Below are positions 8,801 to 15,884 of a DNA stretch of 64,000 bases, piece after piece. A program made the translations under genes and the position numbers. The first letter of the stretch is position 1, and each line of letters starts with the position of its first letter. Under the pieces are notes generated by a model. It had not been told where the DNA came from and did not search any database. It saw only the letters and a list, made by a program, of their open reading frames with translations. The DNA comes from a virus: positions 11,155 through 75,154 of IMG/VR virus record IMGVR_UViG_3300020158_000335. One strand, 5' to 3'.

Positions 8801-10268
8801 CTTTACCACCGCCCATTATATTGCCGCCGATGTGAGTAATGCCGTCATAACCAACATTTTGCAATACCTGATTTGCGACGGCCTTGCTATCTGCTTGTTG
8901 TTCAAGCAATGAGTAATTATAACCTCCTGGCGTGGTACGTTTTATTTCTTTTGATATAAAATCATCAATTTCTGTATCTGAAAATTTTACAAGAGCAGGA
9001 AACAACAGCATCCATTCGTTACGGGACAACAACTGCATATCAAGAGTATCTTTGTCCGCGTCAAACGGGTTCCGAATGTTCAGGAAGCATGAATAAACGG
9101 CGCGGTTGGCTTCTGTTTTTCCTGCCACTAACGGCATTGCGATTTTTATTCTTTCGCTGTTAAGGAAACCCCTGGCATCCCGTACCAGATGTTCTACAGC
9201 ACCGTCAGATAAAAATAATTGTTGGTTATCATCTGACGATAATGCACCAGCCCCAATGTCCATTACATCCATGTTAAATACCTTCAAAAAGGTATCACGG
9301 AACTCTTCCTTGATCGTTGCCCATTCCACGACTTCCTTACCCATATATTCCCGAGCCACATCTTTGTTTTCAGTAAAATAAAACCCTGGCCCATATAACG
9401 CTGTTTTATCCTGCTTTGAAATGTCGAATTCCTTAAACCCGGCTTTGGCTGTGCCGTGATATACCGGAACTGGAGTTTGAATTTTGTGGGTTTCCTGGGG
9501 AGAGCCGTCTGGGTTTACGACTTTGGATGTTATTTTTCCATTGACAATATCAATAAGATGTGCGATCTTCTCCCCATAGCCTGCGGGCGGTGCTGCTACT
9601 GGCGAGGACATTTCTTGTGTCGAGGTCAGCCCTTCACCACATGACGCAGGCTTTCCTATTTCTACCGCTTGCACAAGATACAGACGAGTTCCACGTTCCT
9701 TCCTGGTATATTCCTTTGCCATGATTTTTACACACAAGACTTCACCGTCGAATTTCATCGGGACATCAAAATGGTGTATTTCTTTGATGTTTTCGTTTCC
9801 CTTGCGGTCATCACGAGACATCCTAAAAGCTGAAGCCTGAAACAGCCTGTCAAGATTTGCAATAGCCTGCATGTGGGCTTGAACTGAGACTGATCGTTCA
9901 TACGCACTTTTGCTCAACATCTTCAGCAGCGATTCACCTGAAACGGTTGCTGTGAATCCGGTGTCGATATTAACCAGGGGCACCCCGATAAACTCTTTCG
10001 CTGCTGCCTTTGCCTGGTCTGATCCCCGCGCATATCGCATATTCCCCAGAAGCGCAGCCTTTTCCCAATCCCCAAACCATTCCTTAAACTTCTTGGCCTT
10101 CACGCCGTTTTCTGAGTAATCATACTTGGCATAATCAGCCGGGAATTCCGCTTCAAACACCGCCGCAATATCCCCGAATGTTTGAGCATTCCGGATTGCA
10201 TCACGCCAGTCCTTCGCTGCGGGTTCGGGGGTGCCGCCATCCGCTGGGGTTCCGGATTCAAGAATCAT
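5892..10268 (-). CDS. Large polyvalent protein: LPD3-like domain inserted in an ART-PolyVal-like ADP-ribosyltransferase, degenerate PBECR-like domain, coiled coil, zincin metallopeptidase
   Basis: FKEWFGDW..SKVVNPDG..VYHGT..GFYFT..GYDGI..AFNPNQIK; LVNIDTG..HMQAIANLDRLF..VKIMAKE; LWHEMGH..TEVFSMG. Confidence 0.8.
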   Translation of the reverse strand: MILESGTPADGGTPEPAAKDWRDAIRNAQTFGDIAAVFEAEFPADYAKYDYSENGVKAKKFKEWFGDWEKAALLGNMRYARGSDQAKAAAKEFIGVPLVNIDTGFTATVSGESLLKMLSKSAYERSVSVQAHMQAIANLDRLFQASAFRMSRDDRKGNENIKEIHHFDVPMKFDGEVLCVKIMAKEYTRKERGTRLYLVQAVEIGKPASCGEGLTSTQEMSSPVAAPPAGYGEKIAHLIDIVNGKITSKVVNPDGSPQETHKIQTPVPVYHGTAKAGFKEFDISKQDKTALYGPGFYFTENKDVAREYMGKEVVEWATIKEEFRDTFLKVFNMDVMDIGAGALSSDDNQQLFLSDGAVEHLVRDARGFLNSERIKIAMPLVAGKTEANRAVYSCFLNIRNPFDADKDTLDMQLLSRNEWMLLFPALVKFSDTEIDDFISKEIKRTTPGGYNYSLLEQQADSKAVANQVLQNVGYDGITHIGGNIMGGGKEHLVWIAFNPNQIKAVENQGTFDPSIGSILESSAHLDQKIETDEGETTVRKLLSRIARSSILNTKNKLYLSVYGDGRRALLEAAILKLPPGVYTLSIEGKGAPSLRSMIGPKYGIYAELDVNEKLVLGMAAVYPKKIKATFTLGLQEITIGKAMILESTVQPNQKPTIAQDQSKRAMKNTLDTQKNTIQGASRPDIGWIALLWGNTGTAPLFADGDGIARIIAKQDFEKKNLPSEQSGRELCMRLVDMLTRGHIKRKYGPSSRPKVDLSWQGEIATVSWDPDRKTWYLAAWREDWGGILESAAPAPAMAKDMLDDDPVMETAILEDGGDWKDMLRAATTFDDIYLAFKASGIMSEDMPNKPQDAITVFDHIDRLELLVSDYNVAVTAIQRYEISELMRKSMSEDRLITIAPGTLARMVSGYENVKPMSELSKEAGKEIFDAAKAKGEEIVDAWSTAPGFRPVALKVSAARNDLLSLEQERSAAELKYRADKSTLEDRLGYTKKLGDVERETAVAGSYLDAIANRISGTRAKTDEWIKLHEAYSLMAAETQERYAKNLKIIQEALDEFLASDEYQNLKSEYKTKEKSFSDKKQQLNTELSDALAKTYNPLIQKMLESSPITEKQANQWVSDQVIDKSAINYLAVEISVTGKSGTTTKAGYGEANIRKDMAELYRLSGGRFGKCHIQERFKGQPRACAEVGRKIIHVGAEFTKSTLWHEMGHLVEDDAKYVSVSNTFLDGRVDKTKGLIKLSVLTGNENYKDDEVAYTDHLFNAYVGKYYGADNSTEVFSMGIQQFSSPELMHELVVNDPEMFKMILGILATPPSGSEKEKFIGDLELAKAITDASKPIDAFYKMLDKKIKKNPLFYEPFATFQSVSGHKKTSNSDGYYIISKEWDSYGHYLFQFSAKSKQIVLQIAYLYLALEQSTLGDGATRDFKDWGQFNVINKDSIPAAIANVPSWVTDGLPDIKAA
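9541..9569 (+). promoter_or_regulatory. Antisense promoter nested after the LPD3-like domain
   Basis: TTGACA (9541-9546), 17 bp, GATCTT with extended-10 TG; the -10 is weak. Confidence 0.55.
9576..9660 (+). ncRNA. Candidate structured antisense sRNA (~80 nt)
   Basis: Terminal stem agcctgcg (9578-9585)/cgcaggct (9645-9652) at the predicted +1; nested helices ggtg/cacc, ctggc/gtcag, gaca/tgtc; pyrimidine tail. Confidence 0.5.
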
Positions 10269-10606
10269 GGCTGTACCGTTTTCTTGATTTCAATATATTT
10301 TTCAGTCGGTTGAATCACCGGTGAAACAGCCTGAATTTCATCCGTGATTGCCTTTATGATTTTGATAAACCGCTCCGGCTCTTCACCGTTGAATTTTCCG
10401 GCGATAAGGTCAGCAAGCTTCTGGTTCTGCTGAGCGGCTTCTGGTTGAAGGTCAATTTGTTCGTTCAGTTTGGCGAGGGCCGACTTAAACTCCTTTTGAG
10501 CTTCACGCTTTGCTGAAAAACTAAGCCCGCTGGATGCAAGCTCAGTTCGTTTTTGCGCCACTATCGCCTGCAATGTCCGTTTTTCTTTAAATCCAAGTGC
10601 CATCAC
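10265..10606 (-). CDS. DdrA-like small protein
   Basis: Position directly after darA as in P1; duplicated LxFxxKR motif. Confidence 0.5.
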   Translation of the reverse strand: MMALGFKEKRTLQAIVAQKRTELASSGLSFSAKREAQKEFKSALAKLNEQIDLQPEAAQQNQKLADLIAGKFNGEEPERFIKIIKAITDEIQAVSPVIQPTEKYIEIKKTVQP

Positions 10607-13092
10607 ATCACCTTTTTAGCTTCCTCGTTTAACAAACCGGTTAAATAATCAGCGACGGTATTCAGAAGCCCATCGTATTTCTCCATCAAGCCTGCGGTTT
10701 CCAGTGTTGCGGCTGCCTCATCCAGTATCCTGCCATATCCATCAGTATCCGAATCGTGAGCGCCGGACATCAGGTCATTCAGGGTGGCGATTGCGCTCTT
10801 GACATCCGCATCTTCTGGGGGTATATTATCCCCAAGGTTGCTCTCATTCGAGCGTCTGCTGTCTTCGGGCTGGCCGGGTTCTTCCACGGGGGCAGGAAAC
10901 GAAGGTGATTGGTCAGGATCATCAGCGTGCGCGACACGCAGGAGCAACTTTCTTCCACCTCTCTGCTCATAAGGTGTTTTGCTTTTTGGTTTGGCATCTT
11001 CAAGAAACCATGTTGTAACGCCGTAATATCCTCCGTTATTTTGCAACTCAACTGCTGCGAATTTACCACGTCCATTTCGTTTTACAAGCAACAGCCTCCC
11101 GTTAGGTTGTTCGTAAATTTCAGTGTAATGGCGGGTGATGTCCGAAAGTGCATCTATTTCGTCATTATATCCGTATGCCTTGAATTCCTTGATTCTGTCT
11201 TCTGCAATATGTGACTTACCATAAGCGCCGCCTTCCTCAAGTCGGATAGGTGCGGATGGGAATCTTCCCTCGCTGGCCGTTTCTATATCGGGGCCGATAC
11301 TCCCAAAATCAGAAGTTCCATCAGGCGCGGGAATGAATAGACTTCCAGGGGTTTCGACTTTATCCACTTCCGGCGCAATCTGTTCCGGAGATAAAGATGA
11401 TTGAGCGAGTTCGGGATATTCTGCGATAACCATTGTATCTACAGGTTCCCCTGCGGTTACGGCCCGTTTGACACTCCTGGCATGATTTCCTTCACTGATT
11501 GATATTATTTGAGTCCTGGCCTCAAGTTCCTTCGCTATTGCTTGTGGTATAGCTGCATCGGCGCGAAGCCCCGCGAGTGATTCGCCAGCACGAAGCCCTG
11601 TAATCGCTTGGTTAATAAGGTCGAGCGCTCTTTCCGCTGCTCCGTCTTCTTTCAGCCTGCGTTTGGGGCTTGTCCATAAGCCATAATTAGAAGGTCGGTT
11701 CCTATATTTTCCGTCAGGATATTCGGCTATTATACTCTTTGCGCTTTTAGCTTCCTGTTCAAGCATATAAATCAGATAATATTTTTTCGTCATTTCCCAG
11801 GGTTCCGGTACGTCCGGTTCCGGCATCACAAATTCCGGGACAACCGGCGTGACTTCCGGCGTGACGACTTCCGGGGCAACAGGCGTGACTTCCGGCCTTG
11901 GCGCTTTCCCACTGGTGTACAAATCTTCAACGTATTTATCCCATTGCGCCTGCGTGGCTTCACCTTTTTGAAGTAATTCCCACATTTGACCAGTCCACTC
12001 CTGATCTTGAGACCGAACCCCTGGCACCGCCATTTCCCCTACTTCTCTCAATCTGACAAACTCAAGTCGCTTGACTTCCCTCTCATTGGGGATTTTATCT
12101 TCCTTGATTTTAGCCATTATCCCCTTCAAGTCGTTTATAAACCCGTCCTGTTTCATCATGTCAAATGCTTGCTTATCTATCCCCAGGGAAAGAGCTTCAT
12201 CTTTAAGCGCCTCAAATTCCGAATCCATCGCCGCCTGCTTCGCCGCCGTTTCCGCCGCCATCGCCCGCGCCGCTTCATCCGCCTTGGCCTTCACCTGCAA
12301 TGCCGCAAGCTGGTTTTCCAAATCAGCATTTATACCCTGCTGTTTTTCAATCAAGCCTTGCGTCATGGTAATCTTTGTTTGGGTGATTTCCGCAGCAGAC
12401 TGTTGATCCCTAAGCCCGTTCATCAGAGCGACATTTTCAGTGGACAATTTATCAGCATCCGACTTCAAGGTCACAAGCTGTTCATTTTGAGCCTTCACGT
12501 CTTTTTGTGTCGTCTGAAACCTTGCAGAGTTCTTCACCACAAGCTGAGCTATACGTTTGCCCACCTCTTCCAGCGAAATCTCACCCTCGCCCTCTGGTGA
12601 CACCACAAGCGTAATATCCCGTTTATTCAGCAGCCAGCGGTAAGCAATAATCTCATCATCAGGGCCGATCTTCTTGGCGTCCCCGCTCGGGGAATGAAAC
12701 ACAATCGTAATGGCCTGCCCATCGGAAAACGGAATCTGAGCGGTAACATTTGCAAACAATCCGGTTTTCCGTGGTTTTCCGATAATTGCCTCAGCCGGTG
12801 CGATCCCTTCAGGCAGATGTTTTGCAAACACCCGGGCAAGCGCTCTCATCCTGCTGTCTGTCTGTGAGAATCTCTTGACTGTAACCGCCTCGTAAATCCC
12901 TTCTTCCAGAAACTCGCCGTCATTGTACTCATCGTCCATTTCTGCAAGAGTCGCACATTCCAGAATCAGCCTGTCTGTCTCATGGGTATTGGTCAACGCC
13001 ATATAAGCTCGAACCAACCTGTCGGGACCGAACCCTTTAACGAACAAATCAAGCCCGATTTTGTGCAATTTGCCTTCTGAGTATGGGTTCAT
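10603..13092 (-). CDS. darA: DarA-like virion antirestriction protein with an added C-terminal PBECR-like RNase domain
   Basis: FSDGQAITIVFHSP..RWLLNKRDIT..VVKNSARF N-domain and coiled coil; PIRLEEGGAYGKSHI..YYGVTTWF domain. Confidence 0.8.
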   Translation of the reverse strand: MNPYSEGKLHKIGLDLFVKGFGPDRLVRAYMALTNTHETDRLILECATLAEMDDEYNDGEFLEEGIYEAVTVKRFSQTDSRMRALARVFAKHLPEGIAPAEAIIGKPRKTGLFANVTAQIPFSDGQAITIVFHSPSGDAKKIGPDDEIIAYRWLLNKRDITLVVSPEGEGEISLEEVGKRIAQLVVKNSARFQTTQKDVKAQNEQLVTLKSDADKLSTENVALMNGLRDQQSAAEITQTKITMTQGLIEKQQGINADLENQLAALQVKAKADEAARAMAAETAAKQAAMDSEFEALKDEALSLGIDKQAFDMMKQDGFINDLKGIMAKIKEDKIPNEREVKRLEFVRLREVGEMAVPGVRSQDQEWTGQMWELLQKGEATQAQWDKYVEDLYTSGKAPRPEVTPVAPEVVTPEVTPVVPEFVMPEPDVPEPWEMTKKYYLIYMLEQEAKSAKSIIAEYPDGKYRNRPSNYGLWTSPKRRLKEDGAAERALDLINQAITGLRAGESLAGLRADAAIPQAIAKELEARTQIISISEGNHARSVKRAVTAGEPVDTMVIAEYPELAQSSLSPEQIAPEVDKVETPGSLFIPAPDGTSDFGSIGPDIETASEGRFPSAPIRLEEGGAYGKSHIAEDRIKEFKAYGYNDEIDALSDITRHYTEIYEQPNGRLLLVKRNGRGKFAAVELQNNGGYYGVTTWFLEDAKPKSKTPYEQRGGRKLLLRVAHADDPDQSPSFPAPVEEPGQPEDSRRSNESNLGDNIPPEDADVKSAIATLNDLMSGAHDSDTDGYGRILDEAAATLETAGLMEKYDGLLNTVADYLTGLLNEEAKKVM
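10799..10827 (+). promoter_or_regulatory. Antisense promoter nested after the PBECR-like domain
   Basis: TTGACA (10799-10804), 17 bp, TATATT (10822-10827). Confidence 0.75.
10834..10956 (+). ncRNA. Candidate structured antisense sRNA (~120 nt)
   Basis: Terminal stem aggttgctc (10835-10843)/gagcaactt (10942-10950) at the predicted +1; cUUCGg loop 10863-10868; ctggcc/ggtcag; gcgtg-cgcga-cacgc hairpin; U-rich tail. Confidence 0.55.
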
Positions 13093-13688
13093 TATGCGCC
13101 CTCCTGAGCGTTCTGAATCATGTCAATATCAAGATTCAGCTTAACGGTTTTGGCCTGCTCGTTTTTAAGCTGTGTTTCAAGCCCTGCAAGTTGATATTGA
13201 AGAGTTGTAACCTGGCCAGCCTGGGCGGTGGTCTCCGCCATGATGTTTTCGTTCGTGCCTTTAAGCTGTGCGACGGTTGCCGTAACTGTGTCAACCTGCG
13301 CTGATATGCTGGTATTGACCGCCTTTATCTTTGGGATTTTAACAATCCCGGCGTTTTTCTCTTTGGCTTTTGTGAATGCCGGTTCATTTGCCTTGACGTA
13401 GGTTATCACCTCATCAACAGCCTTGGCGATATCATCAACAGACTTGATCGGAATGACCTTTGCGTTAAGTTTGACCTGAAAAACGCCGCCGCCAGCCTTG
13501 ATTTTTACAGTTATTTTCTGGCCGGACGCAAAAACCAACGTGGCGGTTTTCATCAAAAACCCGGATTCGCGTTTGGCCTTGTTCGTGGCTTCAACATCTT
13601 CTACCGGGATGCCTGCCGTTTCAAATTTTTTAAGCACCGGCTTTAACCCGGCCTTGTCGAATTTCTCAAAATCTATGGTTAAAGCCAT
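13092..13688 (-). CDS. hdf: Hdf-like protein (DarA N-domain homologue)
   Basis: KRESG..LVFASGQKITVKIK..VFQVKLN plus coiled coil; directly upstream of darA. Confidence 0.75.
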   Translation of the reverse strand: MALTIDFEKFDKAGLKPVLKKFETAGIPVEDVEATNKAKRESGFLMKTATLVFASGQKITVKIKAGGGVFQVKLNAKVIPIKSVDDIAKAVDEVITYVKANEPAFTKAKEKNAGIVKIPKIKAVNTSISAQVDTVTATVAQLKGTNENIMAETTAQAGQVTTLQYQLAGLETQLKNEQAKTVKLNLDIDMIQNAQEGA

Positions 13689-13776
13689 ACGATCTCCCCC
13701 TCTTATATGTTATTCATTGATAAACGGACTATCCTTAAATCACAAATGGCTTGCGTGTTTTTGAACTCTGCTTTTT

Positions 13777-14292
13777 TTACCATGATACAGCCATCACATC
13801 GTTGATGCTATGACAGGATTTAATGGCAGAGTATAATTGATTTTTCTTGTACAAAACTGCCTGGAAATGGGCTCCAACTTGCACCCCGACAGATATCATT
13901 TCCGCCAAAGATAAAACATGAGATTGGTTGTCATAATCAATAAATGCTATCTCGGGCACCTCGGCAAGCTGCATCATCGTCACAGCAGCGACCATATTTG
14001 CGCGGTCTTTGTCCTCGCAATCGTACCGAATACCAGATGGTTGCACTACACATCCCAGCGAAAGCTCTGATATTGAGCAGCCCTTGATAATCTCTTTCTG
14101 GATTCCCATAGCAAAATCAAGGTCGATAAGCTGCCCATCATCAGGGATGCGATTGACATCGTAGCTGTACCCTGCTTCTGTTTGATCTTCAGGCGACATC
14201 TGCGTAAGTTCTTCCAGCCTGATATTGTATGGATACAGGATCGAACTCTGCAACCGCTGGATAACAGGGATATTCTTCGCATATACTCTCAT
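13777..14292 (-). CDS. DUF4376-like tail fibre-associated protein
   Basis: YDCEDKDRANM..DYDNQSHVLSLAEM..VMAVSW pattern; position after the fibre genes. Confidence 0.65.
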   Translation of the reverse strand: MRVYAKNIPVIQRLQSSILYPYNIRLEELTQMSPEDQTEAGYSYDVNRIPDDGQLIDLDFAMGIQKEIIKGCSISELSLGCVVQPSGIRYDCEDKDRANMVAAVTMMQLAEVPEIAFIDYDNQSHVLSLAEMISVGVQVGAHFQAVLYKKNQLYSAIKSCHSINDVMAVSW

Positions 14293-14310
14293 GTATTTAC
14301 TCCTTCGTCT

Positions 14311-14634
14311 TCACGATAAAACATAATATCGGTAGTGTTTCTGTATTGTGGACAAAAACGGGATATGCTCTTTGTATTTCTCTATTTGCCGTATCAGCAC
14401 CTCGCTGCCAGTAAAAAATACATGAGTTTTTTTGCCCAGGTTAAATTGCACTGTTAAGCATTTGCCATGTTTTCTCTCTGTAAATTTGCTATCGGTTATC
14501 CTGTATCCAATTATTTCTATTTCACGGTTTACGATATCCGCTATCTTAAGTTTGTCGCCGTCAAGAATATGTTCATCTGCCGCAAAGTCAGAGAATTTTC
14601 GCACATTCGTCGGGTTTTCAGTAGCCTCCGGCAT
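14311..14634 (-). CDS. Small beta-rich protein downstream of the DGR RT, candidate non-Avd accessory factor
   Basis: RKFSDF..IADIVNREI..CLTVQF..FFTGSEVLI..IPF; overlaps the RT 3' end; start uncertain (14634 or up to 14706). Confidence 0.6.
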   Translation of the reverse strand: MPEATENPTNVRKFSDFAADEHILDGDKLKIADIVNREIEIIGYRITDSKFTERKHGKCLTVQFNLGKKTHVFFTGSEVLIRQIEKYKEHIPFLSTIQKHYRYYVLS

Positions 14635-15602
14635 TGTGATATCCATAAGTTGTATCCATTCCCGTGTATTAACCATCCGTAATAACTCATTACGGATTTT
14701 ACGCACGACCTAATATCTGTGGCATCATCCAAGAAGACACGAATTTTGCGTTTAAAGTTTTTTGAAATTGATTTGCGTATCAAGGTAAACTTTCCAAAAA
14801 AACGATAGCCTAAAAAATCAATGCCCCGTTCATCGGATGGGAATACCTGCCAGTTGCTTTTGATTTCAAGCTTCAACTCTGAACTCATATATTTCCTGAT
14901 ATCACTAAATAGACTGTGAAGAAAAGCCTTGTCATTATGCAATATGACAAGATCGTCGCAATATCTGGCGTAATATCTGATGTTCTTTTTCTCTTTCAGC
15001 CAATGGTCAAAAGGAGATAAATATATGTTAGCAAAGTACTGAGACAGGTAATTACCAATAGGTACGCCTTCTGCGCTATCAACAATTGTATCCAATAGCC
15101 ATAAAGTATCTGCACATTTTATCTTTTTTCTGATGATATTTTTCAAACAGTCATGATTGACGGAAGGATAAAACTTTTTAATATCAAGTTTTAAACAGTA
15201 TTTGGTTCCGTCATTGTCTTTTAGAAAATCTTTCATTCGGATCACGCCATCATGTATTCCACGGCCTGCCATTGATGCGTATGTGTCTCGTATAAATGTT
15301 TTCATCCATATCGGTTCAAGAACCTGCATGATACAGTGGTGGATGATACGATCAGGAAAATACGGGAGTTTAAAAATTTCCCTTTCTTTTCCTCTCTCAG
15401 TCCTTTTGAATACCTGATATTGTGCATTTTTGAACACTTTATTTTTTAAACTATTATGAATTTGCACAAAATATTTTTCTGGATCGCGATCAACCATTTT
15501 GACGTCTGAATAATTATTTTTCCCACGCCTTGCGTTCTTGTGCGCCAGCCGGATGTTATCCATGTCGTAAATTTTATGGTATAAATTACCAAAACGTTTC
15601 AT
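14541..15602 (-). CDS. DGR reverse transcriptase
   Basis: KLDIKKFYPS, GVPIGNYLSQYFAN, YARYCDD, GIDFLGY; adjacent TR/VR pair; ATG 15602 preferred over GTG 15623. Confidence 0.95.
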   Translation of the reverse strand: MKRFGNLYHKIYDMDNIRLAHKNARRGKNNYSDVKMVDRDPEKYFVQIHNSLKNKVFKNAQYQVFKRTERGKEREIFKLPYFPDRIIHHCIMQVLEPIWMKTFIRDTYASMAGRGIHDGVIRMKDFLKDNDGTKYCLKLDIKKFYPSVNHDCLKNIIRKKIKCADTLWLLDTIVDSAEGVPIGNYLSQYFANIYLSPFDHWLKEKKNIRYYARYCDDLVILHNDKAFLHSLFSDIRKYMSSELKLEIKSNWQVFPSDERGIDFLGYRFFGKFTLIRKSISKNFKRKIRVFLDDATDIRSCVKSVMSYYGWLIHGNGYNLWISQCRRLLKTRRMCENSLTLRQMNIFLTATNLR

Positions 15603-15727
15603 ATATCTTTTGCCTGATTCCACAAGAGAGTCTTCGCCGTTTGGCTACCAACACCCTTTATGTTTTCGTTTTGTGTTTTGCCAAGAGGCAAGGTTGAGCC
15701 AGCGCAGTAAAAAAAATAGAACCAGAT

Positions 15728-15856
15728 AGCTGACTGCCCCGCAATATTCGTATTGCAATTCGCCGCCGCATTATTCGCATTACGGTAAGTGACTCCCGCA
15801 TTAGCGCTATTATTCAGATTGCCCCCTGCATAAAGCGCCTGCCAACTCGCTGCCGA
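15728..15856 (-). repeat. DGR template repeat (TR)
   Basis: 129-nt ungapped match to 15891-16019; all 25 mismatches fall on TR adenines of the coding strand. Confidence 0.95.
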
Positions 15857-15884
15857 ATTGCCAACTCAACCCTAAATCAAAAAA

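Noticed and set aside
14541-15623. RT as group II intron or retron
   Set aside because: Short RT with no maturase/endonuclease extension, SQ motif and a clear TR/VR pair indicate a DGR
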